This document shows positions 11,831 through 23,990 of a DNA stretch of 64,000 nucleotides, piece by piece (the first letter of the stretch is position 1; each line of letters opens with the position of its first letter). Source of the DNA: Cetorhinus maximus (taxonomy: Eukaryota); assembly GCF_964194155.1 (NCBI RefSeq), contig NC_135906.1:23746001-23810000 (forward strand). The letters are read 5' to 3'. The translations under genes and the position numbers were made by a program. The notes beneath the pieces are model-generated. The model made no database searches, was not told where the DNA came from, and was given only the letters and a program-made list of their open reading frames with translations.

Positions 11831-12757
11831 CGATAATTCAACATCTCCTGCGCTGAGCTTGATATTCCCATCAAACCAACACCCAGTGCCATCGGGTGTG
11901 TCCTGGCCAACATTTACCACACAAGCAACATCACTAGAACAGAATATTGGTCACTGATCTCATTACTGTCGGTGCACAACTTGGCTACTGCCTTTCCTAC
12001 ATTACTTCAAAAAAGTACTTCATTAGCAGTAAAGCAGTTTGGGATGTGCTGAGGTCGTGACAGGCGCTACACAAATGCAAGTCTTTCCTCCCCAGCCAAG
12101 GGTTGGGGCCTGGCAAGGGGAGAGAACAAGAGGTAAAAGCAGGTTAATCAAGATTCTACCTAAAAATTAAAAGGGGCGTATTTCAGCAATTGGTTTGGTA
12201 CAGGCCCCTCCGCATCTGGAGTGTGGGTCCCAACCCAATAAAGACCGATGGGGACTGTGGAGTTCCCTTTCTACCAGCAAGAGTCCAATGCGTTTCACTG
12301 CCAAGAGAGCGCGGAAGAAGAAAATGTCCTTCAGCCCAGCAAGCCTACTCCTGCCATGCACCAAATACATGGTACCCTAAAAATTGATAGTTCCATGTCC
12401 GAGGGTCACTTTTTTTGACTTTCTGTCTGGCAGGCACACAGCAATGCCATGCAGGGGAAATGTATACAGTCATCAGATTGAGTTGTGTTGAATACAAATA
12501 AGAGGCAAAGTGGGCTTTGACCAAAGGAAAGAATGAGTTGACTTTGTTTATGTGTTTTGTAACCAGTTATCAACAGAGTTCCCAAAATACGGTCTGTTGA
12601 TCTGGGATTGTTACTCAGCTGTTTAGAACGAACCTAATACTCCCACACAAAGAATATCTCCACCGTACCTTATTTAAAGACAGTGTCTTAAACTTCACAA
12701 AGAATCGTCAGAATTGAGGATTCGTGACACCGTGAGAAGATCACGGGTGTCAGTCTT

Positions 12758-13095
12758 CAGAAACTCACCAAGCCTCCTTCGACAGCACCTTCCAAACCCA
12801 CGACCACTACCATCTAGAAGGACAAGGGCAGCAGATAGATGGGAACACCACCACCTGCAAGTTCCCCTCAAAGTCACTCACCATCCTGACTTGGAAATAT
12901 ATCAGTCATTCCTTCACTGTTGCTGAGTCAAAATCCTGGAACTCCCTCCCTAACAGCACTGTGGGTGTACCTACACCACATGGACTGCAGCGGTTCAAGA
13001 AGGCAGCTCACCACCACCTTCTCAAGGGCAACTAGGTATGGGCTATAAATGCTGACCCAGCCAGCGAAGCCCACATCCTGTGAATGAATTTTTTA
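12758..13095 (+). mobile_element. 3' end of the same LINE family
   Basis: Closely matches 5340-5680. Confidence 0.85.
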
Positions 13096-13129
13096 AAAGT
13101 CAATTCGATTCCCTCCACGCATGTTATTA

Positions 13130-14445
13130 AATGGCTGAGTGCACTGGACACAGCGAAAGCTATATGTTGCAATAACATCCCAGCCCTAGCAATGAAGACC
13201 TGGGGACTTTGCCACATGGTTGGCCAGATACCTGTGTTGTAGCTGTGTTGGAACAGCTTGGCTAGTAGCATGGCTAGTTCTGAGCACAGGTCTTCAAAGT
13301 CCCCAGGTCCATCCAGTCTTCAAAAAGCAAGACAGCTCCAATCTGGCCAATCACCACCCCATCAGTCTACTCCTGATCATCAGCAAAATGATGGAAGGTG
13401 TGATCAACAGTGCGATCATTTGGATTCTGTCAGGACCTTTCAGCTTCAGACCTCTATACAGCCCTGGGCCAAACATGGAGAGAAGAGCTGAATTCCAGAG
13501 GTGAGGTGAGCGTGACTGCTCTTGACAGCATTGACTGGTTGTGGCTTCTTGTTGCAAAATCGAAGTCAATGGGAATGTGGGGGAAACTTGCTGGAGCCCT
13601 TCCACAAAGGAAGATGACTACAGTTGTTGGAGGCCAGTCGCCAGTCCCAGACCATTGCTGCAAGAGTGCCTCAGGGTAGTGTCCTAGGCCCAACCATCAT
13701 CAGCTGCTTCGTCAGTGCCCTTCCCTCCAACATAAGATCACAAGTGGGGATATTCGCTGATGATTTCAGTGCTCAGTTCCACTCTCAATTCCTCAGATAC
13801 TGAAACAGTCAAAGCCCATAGGTAGCAAGACCTGAATAACATTCAGACTTTGACTGCTAAGTGTCAAAATAATATTTTTACCACACAAGTGCCAGACAAT
13901 GACTATTTCTAACAAGAAAGAGTCTAAACATCTCCCCCTGACATTCAATGGCATTACCACTACTGAATACCCCACCATCAACATCCCAGGATTACCATTG
14001 ACCAGAACCTAAGCTGGACTAGTCATATGAATGCTTGGCTATGAGGCTGGATGAGGCAAGCTGCAACATGACTCAAGAAACTCAACACCATCCAGGACAA
14101 AACTGCCCACTTGATCAGCAGCCTGGCCACCACCACTCCCTCCAACACCGATGCACCATGGCTGCAGTATATATGTGGCTTCATCGGCATCGCCTTCCAA
14201 ACCTGTGACCTCTACCCCTACAAGGGCAAAGATACATGGGAACACCACCAACTGGAACTTCCTCTTCAAGCCACTCACCACCCTGACTTGGAAACATATC
14301 GCCGTTCCTTCACTGTCCTGGAACTCCCTCCCTAACGGCACTGTGCATGTACCTACACCACATGGACTGCAGCAAATCAAGAATTCCCAAGGGCAATTAG
14401 AGGTGGCCAATAGTTGCCATTGATGCTCATATCCTGTGAATGAAT
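13130..14445 (+). mobile_element. Older, decayed copy of the same LINE family with an internal micro-inversion
   Basis: RT remnants (gtgcctcagggtagtgtcctaggcccaacc; ttcgctgatgat = FADD) and the family 3' tail. Confidence 0.85.
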
Positions 14446-14727
14446 ATGAGGAAGACCATCTTCATTGGTTGTTTTTCTGAAGCAGTTCCAGTGATTCCAT
14501 TGGTTCCATTTTTTTTACATTCACCCTATAGTTGGAGGAGATCAGAGGTTTGGGAAGTACTACTGATAAGTAGAGTCTTGGTGTAATATCTCCCTCCCTG
14601 GCTCAGTGTTAAGTTTTGTTTGATAATCGCTCCTGTGAAGCACCTTGAGACATGTTAGTGCGTCAATGGAGCAACATAAAAGCAAATTGTTGTGCATAGA
14701 ACTAAATAGCAGAAATACCTCAAACAT

Positions 14728-14960
14728 TATTTTTTTCCCAAAAGTATACTATATTCATAAAATTCATGAAAGTACATTACAAAACATTTTGACTTGAAAC
14801 TTATAAGAAAGTGCAATAAAATTCAACTTTTCTCCATATAGTATGTTCCACTCTGAGGTGCCTCAATACAATTATATTTACAACGCACATTCCTTGTCAG
14901 GCATACAGCCTGAGGGGGTTTTTGGCTCCTCGGTGAGCTATGAGCAGAAATATCTTATAC
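14728..14960 (-). mobile_element. Tx1/L1-like 3' UTR fragment
   Basis: 'ttttttcccaaaagtatactatattcataaaatt...tacattacaaaacattt' resembles the reverse complement of the 3890-3958 tail. Confidence 0.5.
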
Positions 14961-16984
14961 ATCCCACCTGTAATGAATGAAGACTGGGAATTCCACAGTC
15001 CCTTACACCCGAGTCAGCCCTGACTGATGGGATGACAGGTCTCTTTCTGGTGACTCTAAGGATCCTACGCAACACGAGTTTAGAAGATTAAAAAAGGAGG
15101 CCAATCAATCCGTGAAGGCACATTTCCCATGGACATTGTACAATCTGTCATGAACTTCAATTTTGTTGACTCCTGGAGCCTTCCAATTCCCATAATTGTG
15201 CAGTTAGTTGAAGGGGTCACTAGGTGGCAACCAGGAGTTGGACACTGGCTGATGTTCTCTCTCTCTCTCTTCCATCCTAGAGCCTTGAGCTGGGAATGCT
15301 TGATGTTGACACTGGGACAATGAAATGGGTAGAGAGTTCCATTTCCTAGCACTAATATTCCTAACCTGCTGGGCACAGAAATGTGTACATGCTGTTCAAC
15401 AATCTTAATCTGCTCACAAAGTCTACATGCATCTAGTCATAGTCCCAAAGGACCATAGGTATCACGTCTGCAGCAGAGGTGACATTTTTGGCTACTCGCA
15501 GCCTGAGGGGTGTACTCTGCAAGTGTGGGGCAAGGTGAGGAGGCAGGGTCTCCATGAACTACCACAGCAGGTACAGGGATTGAACCCATGCTGTTGGCAT
15601 CATTCTGCATCACAGTCTAGCCAATGAGCTAACTGACCCCCCCACGACATCTACATAGAAGTAAAACTTCACACAGTAAGTCACCCACCCATAAAACTTA
15701 TTGCCAGAAAGTATCAGTTAAGACCCCGTGTCTTGTAGAATGACGCAACACAGAATGAGGCCATTTGGCCCATCGTGCCTCTGCCAGCGCTCTAAAAGAG
15801 TTATTCAATTAGTCTCACTCCCCTGCCTTTTTCCCACGGCCCTAAAATTTTTTCCTCTTCCAAGCATTTCGCTAATTCCCTTTTGAAAGTTATTACTGAA
15901 TCTGCTTCCACCACGCTCATTCAGGCAGTGCATTCCAGATCGCAACAACCCGCTGCTTATAGGTTGGGGCGTGCACTGCGCGAGAGCGTGCTGGAGGCAG
16001 ATTCAATCGTGGCTTTCGAAAGGGAACTGGATAATTATCTGAAGAGAAAGAATTTGCAGGACTACGGGGAAAAGGGGGGTTGTTGGGGGGGGTGGGGGGG
16101 GCGGGGTCGGAGTGAGACCAGCTGAGTGGTCCTTACATCGAGCCAGTAGGGGGCGTGACAGGTCGATTGGCCTCTTTCAGAGCTGTAAACATTCTATGGT
16201 TCTGTGATTCATCTCCACACCTCCCCTGCTGCACCCCCACCCACTTGACATTATTTCCACAGCAGCTAAAAATAGGCGGGCTTCCTTATCTTGATATTCA
16301 CCGTGAACGTTCTTTAGAACCCATAACAAAAGATGTTCTTTATTATCAAATATCTCTTGAAGAGGCTGACACCTCCTGGGATAGAATACTAGTTGAATAC
16401 AGGATAGTGATCAGTAGTGTTAAACCTTGCTTCCCCTCTCTCCCTTCCCCTTTATATTGCTGTGGGGAAGGGAGGGCTGGATGCATTTTGATCCATGTAG
16501 CATTTTCACTGTGGCACTAGCTAAGATTCACTAGCTCATCAGACCTGGGACTGAACCCAGGGCTCTCTTAGTTTATATGACTCAGCCTAGACCAGGACAG
16601 TATATTTACCTACTGAGATATCTGAGGAAGACAAAGTGTTCAATAAGATATATTTACTCTGGTTTTAAATTGTTGGTTGAAGCAGGAAATTGTCATCAAG
16701 TCATTGAAATCTGTACAGGTGTGTACAGCAGCAAACACTGCAGACTGCGCCCCCACCAGGCCTAGACTTCACACTGCATGTGCAAAGACATCATTCCATA
16801 ATTCTTAATTTCAACAATATTACTTTGACTCCATTTTGTCTACAAATATTAATTGAAAAAATTATTTGTAGGGAACCTTAACATTTTTATTTAGTTAATT
16901 TTCTCCTCCCAAGGGAGCTACCCTTGCATTTCTTCTGAGTGTCTTCTGGTACCTTCACTCATTTACCTCTCCTAAGTGGTTATT

Positions 16985-17240
16985 GTGGCAGTCTTGTGGT
17001 GCAGTGGGTAATGTCCCTGCCTCTGAGCTAGAAGAGCCAGGTTCAAGTCCCACCCAAGGACTTGACAGCCAAGGAAGGTGTGTTTGTAACATGGCAAAAC
17101 TGGTTGAGTATCAATCTGCAAATCCTTGCAATATATGCCATGTGATGGAAAGGACATTGGAGTCTCTACCACCACTATCCATAGCACTGGACTGTTTAAA
17201 AAAAAACATGCATGTTACCACAGCAACCCAGACTGTTGGC
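16985..17240 (+). mobile_element. tRNA-headed SINE of a third family (other copies ~55005-55210 and ~57945-58225)
   Basis: Three copies share 'gtcttg..gcagtgggtaatgtccctgcctctgagc..ggttcaagtcccac..ggacttgacagccaaggaaggtg..tatcaacctgcaaatccttccaa'. Confidence 0.7.
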
Positions 17241-17507
17241 TGGATGGCCAGTGTAGATCAGATTGGGGCTTGATTTCCATTCTAGCTGGGGTGGATTTGG
17301 GACCTGCTTCTTTGCCAATGCTGTGGATCAGTCCTGCCTTTGTGCAGAGGAGTGGCTGTAGGCATCATAGCCTGCTACTGGAGAACAATCAGCAGGAACA
17401 TGAGACAAATTCCATCCTCTCCACTGGCCTACAGGTACCACTGTGATGTTGGTCTAGTCAGAGACTGTCTGCAGGTACAGGAGGAGAGGAAAAAAATTAT
17501 ATAGACA

Positions 17508-17698
17508 CAAAAATAAAATGCTGGAAATACGCAGCAGGTCTGGCAGTATCTGTGGAGAGATAAATAGGGTTAACATTTCATCAGAACCTGAAACATTAGC
17601 TGTTTCTCTCTTCACAGATGCTGCCAGACCTGCTGAGTATTTCCAGCATTTTCTATTTTCTTTTCAGATTTCCAGCATCTGCAGCATTTTGTTTTCGC
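17508..17698. mobile_element. Palindromic PLE-terminus-derived short repeat
   Basis: 'tgctggaaatacgcagcaggtctggcagtatctgtggagag' mirrored by 'ctcttcacagatgctgccagacctgctgagtatttccagca'. Confidence 0.8.
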
Positions 17699-18230
17699 AT
17701 TTATATAGTGCCTTTCATGACCTCAGAATGCCCCAAGTCCTTACAGCCAATGAAGCACTTCGGAAATGTAGTTGTAATTGTAGGAAATGAGGCAGCCAAT
17801 TGTTGTACTGCAAGCTCCCACAAGCAGCAAAGTGATAATGACGAGATAATAAAAGGAAAATACTGCAATTGCTGGAAATCTGAAATAAAAACAGAAAATG
17901 TTGGAAAAGCTCAGCAGGTCTGGCAGCATCTGGAGAGAGGGGAGGGAGAAGAGTCATACGAACTCGAAACATTAACTTTGTTCCTCTCTCCACGGTTGCT
18001 GCCAGATATGCTGAGTTTTTCCAACATTTTCTGTTTTTATTTACAATGGCTGGACAACCTTTATTTTAATGATGTTGATTGAGGGATAAATATCAGGCAG
18101 GTCATGAGAACTACCCTGCCTTTCTTAGACATAGTGCCATAGGATCTTTTATGTCTAACAAGAGAGGGGCGATGGGGCCTCGGTTCAACATCTCATCCGA
18201 AAGACAACCCCTCCGACAGTGCAGCACTCT
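17695..18230 (-). mobile_element. DeuSINE-like SINE interrupted by a PLE-derived repeat
   Basis: Tail 'gcatttatatagtgcctttcatgac'; body resumes at 18041. Confidence 0.7.
17851..18040. mobile_element. Palindromic PLE-terminus-derived short repeat nested in a DeuSINE-like element
   Basis: Forward arm 17851-17940 and inverted arm 17948-18040 with gagtcatacgaactcgaaacattaact; the SINE resumes at ~18041. Confidence 0.8.
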
Positions 18231-20004
18231 GGTGTGGTTCAACAGACACTAACAGCTTTCTGGTAGCTCAACTTTAGCTGGATGTGATCTGCTTTGCACC
18301 TCCTTGTAACCAGCCAAATATCTGGAGCAGCCCAGTGGGAGGATTGTGAATATAAACTTGTGGGGTAATGGTTGTTGGTGTTGCAATTGCCATTGTCAAG
18401 AGATCTAATACCTTTTGCCCCTGCTCGTCATGTGAAACTCCATCAGAAATGTACTTTAAGCATGAGACCTTAAAACCAATAGTTGTGTTAAAGGCTTTAT
18501 TGAACTGCATTGTGCACTGATTGTTGATTGTAGATTTTTTTCTAAAAACTCCAACATTTAAACAATTAAAAAGGAAATTCGAAAGCAGAAATACAAACTT
18601 TTGGATAAATCTCGACTATCTGGGATACCTTTATATTCAAAATAAGTACAATTTACAACAGTACACTTTCCAACCCCTACTCAAACATTTGAAAAATAAT
18701 CACTTATGGATCTGCCTCAAGTGGCGACAGAGAACACTCAGCACTCACTGGTGTCTTGTTTATGAAACCATTCTGTTGTAATTTCAACTTCACAATATAA
18801 ACTGCAGCCAGGTTAGTTATTATTAAAATTAAAGATCTTTGTGGAGTTTTTTTTTTGGGGGGGTGGGTTATAGACAGTGACCAGAAGCTGCAGTTTTATT
18901 TGAATCGCTGCAGAGAAACAGAGGGAAATTTTTTCTTTAGAAGCTAGGTTGAAGCTGCTCTATGTAAGGTTATGGGTTCAAACCCTCACTACAGCATTTG
19001 AGCACATTGTCTAAAATTAACACTTTCAGCAGATCACCGAGTGCTCAGGAATTGTCAGAAATGGGGCTTTCATATAAGATGCTTAAATTGTGGCACTATT
19101 TGCTTGTTCAACTCTGTAAGGCGTCCCACAGTGCTACGAGGAGCGGGGGAAGCTCTCCAGTTGCCAAGGGTTATATGTTAAAACATTGTGAACTTATCAC
19201 CACTAAAAACAGATGAACTGATCACTGGTGATGAGGGGAAAAACTTCATGCAGGGAGTGGTTAGGATCTGGAATGCACTGCCTGAATGTTTGGTGGAGGC
19301 AGGATTATTATCTGAAAAGGAAGTATGTGCAGTGCTATGGGGAGAAGGCCGGGGAGTGGCACTAGGCTATATTGCTCCTTCAGAGAGCCAGCACAGACAC
19401 AACAGGCCAAATGGCTTCCTTCCGTGTTCTATTTTATGATTTCATTCTTTCAGGCCTTGCGGTGCACGAACTGGCTCACTCATCAGTGACTGCATAGCTA
19501 AGGACCTTCACTGACTAGGAATCATCTCAGAGGATGACCTGAGGACATGATAGGCGCTATACAAATGCACTATTTTAAAACTCAATTGGATGTGGCTCAC
19601 CTAAATTTCACGTTTTCTTGTTACCGGCACAATTCTTGCTGGGACTCTGAATCCTCAGGGATCAGTACGCTGTTCTGCCCAAGTAGCTGTACATGTATGT
19701 ACGTGCTTAGTGAATGGCATTAGACTATTTGACTAGAAGAGGGCATCCCACCCGAGTCCATCCTCACTGGTCACCCACCCATGCGGGCATTGAGGCAGAA
19801 CTCATCCAAGACTAAACCTGTTGCTCTCACGGTATCTATGACCAAAGCACCACAGCCGCTGGTGCATTTACCCAGTAATCCACTGAGGACAATTATAGCT
19901 CATTGTTTTAAAAAGCAAATTGAGTACTACCTATTGGTACATACAAGTGGATTAGCATCGGGCAGTCCCAATATCTCAGGGAGGCAACAACTGATTTTGT
20001 CATT

Positions 20005-20105
20005 AAAAAAACAAGATGCTGGAAAAGCTCAGCTGGTCTGGCAGCATCTGTGGAGAGAGAAACAAGATTCAACATTTTGAGTCCGTATGATTCTTCTTCA
20101 GGGAC
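20005..20105 (-). mobile_element. Single-arm PLE-terminus-derived repeat
   Basis: 'tgctggaaaagctcagctggtctggcagcatctgtggagagagaaac...gagtccgtatgattcttcttcag'. Confidence 0.7.
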
Positions 20106-21029
20106 TGATTTTGACACCTACGCTCACACTGAACCTCAGTGTAGTGGGTTCACTCTAAGCACTGCACTGAAATCACCAACGTTTCCCCTGTGTGCAGGGT
20201 TTTTAAGTCTATTTGGAAGCAGAAGATACAAGTTGGTAACATATATATTTTGTTTTCAATTTTCTGACTCATTCAAAGTTGAGGAAAATTAACCTATTTC
20301 CACTGGTCAGAGAGTCAATAGTGGGCAGAAATGTAATCACTGAAATGCAGACGAGATGGGTTTAGATAGTGTTATTAAAACTGGAAAAGCTTTCTGGAAT
20401 GCCCTGCCAACACCAGATCTGGAAGCACAATCTGCGGATTTTAAAAAGGCTTTAGGCAAGAAATTCAATAAGGGCAGGGGGATTGTGACGAAGCGGATTG
20501 CTTTTTCAGAGGGTTGGCAAAGGTGCAATGGGCCAAAGGGCCTCCCATCCCTGCTGTAAAACTCCACAATTCTGCATACCTCGAGAGGGAAGAGACACAG
20601 CCACCAACCCTGAACAAAGTTCGGATGACTTCCCTGACCAACAGAAGCAGCCGCTGATGGACAATGAGGCGGCTGTTTTATTCTGGAGAGCAAGAGTGTA
20701 ACCGCCCTTACTGATCACCAGTTGCTAGCTGCAACAGTGCCGCCCCCTCCTCTTCCATCAATAAAATTCCTAAAAACACAGCAACCTGCAGTGATTGTAT
20801 ATTTCAAGATTTTTAATCATACCCCATCTCCATCCCACAAAGAATTATAAGCAATACAAATAATTTAGTTCAACCTTTGTAGTATTTCAAGTTTTCAACT
20901 CATTACAGCAACTCTTAAGGAATATTAATAGCTGTTAGTGTGAAGTGCTGCTACTTTAAAAAGGTAGCGTTAACTTTGCTAATTTTCTTTCTTCTCCTGA
21001 AGGCGGGAGTCTGGCTATGGTCATTCGTC

Positions 21030-21305
21030 ACCTTCCAGTATCCGGTCCCCGTGATCATTCTTCGCAGTGTCACAAGTTATTGAATCATCGAGGCACGGTC
21101 GTTTGGAAGGGGTGGGGAGCCATCACATTCATGCCTGATCCCACTCTCACCGGTCAACTACAAATATGTATTTTCCAACAAGGGTCACCGCCCAACAGAT
21201 CAGGAGCAGGGGCCCTGGCTGACTCTCTCTGCTCCAGCCCTACTTTCCGAGGTCAGATGCCGGACCCTCTCCTATAACTGGGGCGAGTTCAGCCAATGTG
21301 ATACA
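21030..21305 (-). mobile_element. LF-SINE-like element
   Basis: Minus strand 'agtcagccagggcccctgctcctgatctgttgggcggtgacccttgttggaaa...gggatcaggcatgaatgtgatg' resembles the LF-SINE core as I recall it. Confidence 0.55.
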
Positions 21306-22046
21306 GATTGGGAACTACTCAGTCACATGCCACATGTTTGGACTCAAATGAGTTACACTGGGGGAGCCTAAACGGTCACTCTGCATTAAGTAACATTTGG
21401 AGATGGGCTCAGAAATGTAGTCTACATATAAACAAGAAACTTGAAATTGCACAAGCCAAGTTCGTCACTTGCAGATTAGGATAAATTAATTTTTTTTTTA
21501 AAAACCAAACCATTCCTCCTTATGTATCCTTCCCCCTTCTCTCTGCCCAGCCTGCTTCAGTAGGTTTGGGTTGGTTAAAACCCAGCCAACACCGATTGCA
21601 ATGGACCTGCCTCCCAATTGACTGAAGTAGTTTGGACAATCGCCTCAAGTGAGCAGAAGGCAGGAGATGGTTAATCTAGTACGTTAAAATAAATTTGGCA
21701 CGTTTTCATTACCCTCCCTACCACAGCAGCTGCAACATTAAAACACAAATGCAACTGCAGCTTCAACAGTCACTAACTTTTGGGGAGCCATCTGTCGGCT
21801 TACGAACTGGGTCAGAGCAGATAATTCATTCAAATTTCAGTCCTTGGTATTTGAGGGAAACTAAATGCACAGGGTATTTGCAGCCACCTACTGGCTTACT
21901 GCTCCTATAGTATTTAGTCTGCTTTGTGACTTTATTAACTTTCCCAGGATTATGGACTCAAAACAAGTCACCAAAGGCTTCACAAACTACTGTTAAGAAC
22001 GAACACAATGCACACGTGCAGTGAGAGCACCGTGAATAGTTCGGTG

Positions 22047-22052
22047 TTTATT
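22047..22052 (-). other. Candidate polyadenylation signal (AATAAA) for GET3
   Basis: tttatt on the + strand about 1.65 kb past the stop; a second copy at 21931-21936. The actual 3' end cannot be proven from sequence. Confidence 0.4.
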
Positions 22053-23697
22053 GACTTCCCCCAAATTATGAGCACCCTCTGGCCCCAAAAAATGGTGTCG
22101 ATTGTCGGGAGCACACCAGGCACCCTTTAACGGTATTCTTGTACCAAGTGGGCATTCACAGATGTCAGATCAGCAAGCGATGTCAAATACCCATTATCAG
22201 GGAAGATGAGGACCAGGAATAAGAAGCGCAGTTAATTGCCCTCATTCTTAGTTCAAAGCCAGTGTGGCCTGCCCACTTCTGCCCTGGCAGACCTCATATC
22301 TCTTTGGCCCCTGCACTGTCCCAATCATTTGATCTTTCTGATCTGCTGTGTCTCATTATTTCAACTGGCTGAGCCACCTCAGGAGATGAAAAGACAATTG
22401 TCTTGAAAGTATACACAGTCCACTCCCAAGGCTGACCCCTAACTCATGGAAAGATCTTCAGAGGCAAGTGACCACCAACCACATCTAGCCCAGACCATGA
22501 ACAACCTCAAAAAAGAGAGAATCTACAAGGGAACCTGGAAGCAGACCGAATGCAGCAACAGGATCATGTCTGAAAAATACCAGGTCTGCATGGGTTCTTC
22601 ATAAACCATTTTCTTCATTAAAATTTTCTTCAGATTGAAAATAAAACCTTTTCCAGTTGAAAAAAACAATCCCATAAAGCACATCAACACAGGTACAGTT
22701 TGACCCAAGTGTCGGATGCAGTAAACCAAATCAAAGGCCCCACAACATCAGAACAAGCAATACCGGTTAAAAAAATGTGTATTAGGTTTAAAAAGTTAGT
22801 TATCTTGTCAGTGGTTAGGTTGAGAATCGTTTTCTCATTGTAACCCATGGCCTGCGAGAGATAGAAGATGCAGTCAGCATGCTTATATTAAGATACTTTA
22901 TGGGGGAGGTGGGTGGAATAAAGAACATGCTGATGTAACATTCATAGTATTCATTAAGAGTGCTGAAATAGTAACAAAAATGAGAACTCGTTGCCTAATA
23001 TTGGGCAGCAGGCTCCCATTCATAAACAACAAGCAATTTTAATTGCTGCTGACGTGAAACAGAGTTCTACGAAAGAGAATTGCCTGTGTCAAAGTGTTTA
23101 ATGGGCTAGTTTCGCAACGCTGAGGTCATATTCTCCAGTAGCAGCAACTGTGGAAAGGGGTGGGGAGGGGAGGAGGGTGGGTGTGGGGTGGGGTGGTCAC
23201 TGTTGCTTCCTAACACAATTGCTGCACTTGTGGTAAACCATTCACTTCCTTTCGGAGGTGCTGAATTAGAGAAACAAGAAAACTATGCCACAGTGACTGA
23301 GCCTCTGGATAGTAGGAGGAGGATTCCGGAGGCTGCGTCAGGTCCTCAAGTCATGGGATCACTTGAGAGAGGATGGAAAAACATCAAGGGGAGGGGAGGG
23401 GGAGTCGAAGCTTAAAAGCCATTTCCTTTAAAGTCATCAATCACAGAATAAAGCTTTAGATCTATAATGCTTCGTTCTACAACCCCAGCTTTGACACAAC
23501 CTGTTGAAACCACATGTAGGCAATACAAAATCACCTCCTTAAAGTTACAATAACCAAAAAAAAAAAAAATCTGGCCAGAACAATAAATAACATCCAAGTA
23601 TCCCCTCCCCATGCTCCTTCCTACAAACGTAGTGTTAATAAATTACAAGTCTCAGATTTCTCTGCTTCAGTCTCAAAACGGAATGAGGGAAGTCTGT

Positions 23698-23826
23698 TCA
23701 TTTACTGGGTGGTTTGTAAGGCTCAAGCAGGAGCTTAGAGAAGGTATTGACTTTGTCGGTGCCCCTAACTTCATGAGGTAACAGTGGGAGCTTCACTATG
23801 TGAAAATCTTCATACAGATCCTCCAT
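23698..23826 (-). CDS. GET3: GET3 final coding exon 7 ([42 protein letters not shown])
   Basis: Translated by hand; acceptor TTTTAG|; TGA at 23700-23698; the seven exons sum to 1029 nt (342 aa + stop). Confidence 0.97.
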   Translation of the reverse strand: MEDLYEDFHIVKLPLLPHEVRGTDKVNTFSKLLLEPYKPPSK

Positions 23827-23990
23827 CTAAAAGGAAAACAAAAAGACAAGCTAAAATCATCTTATTCAAAAAAGATATTTAAGATCTAAATGGTGAACTA
23901 ACCCTCATAATAGCAAGGACAGACATGGAAACATCTATGTGCCTGACACACTAAAAATTTGAAAGTACCTGGCAAGGAAGTCATTATTAT

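Noticed and set aside
16985-17065. tRNA gene-like A/B boxes (also ~2370, ~7800, ~37365, ~49550, ~57950)
   Set aside because: No intact cloverleaf, and each runs into a repeated SINE body, so these are SINE heads.
1-23000. BEST2 exons expected downstream of GET3 from human synteny
   Set aside because: No bestrophin-like peptide (e.g. MTVTYT..., RFP motif) was found in the ORF track or by eye.
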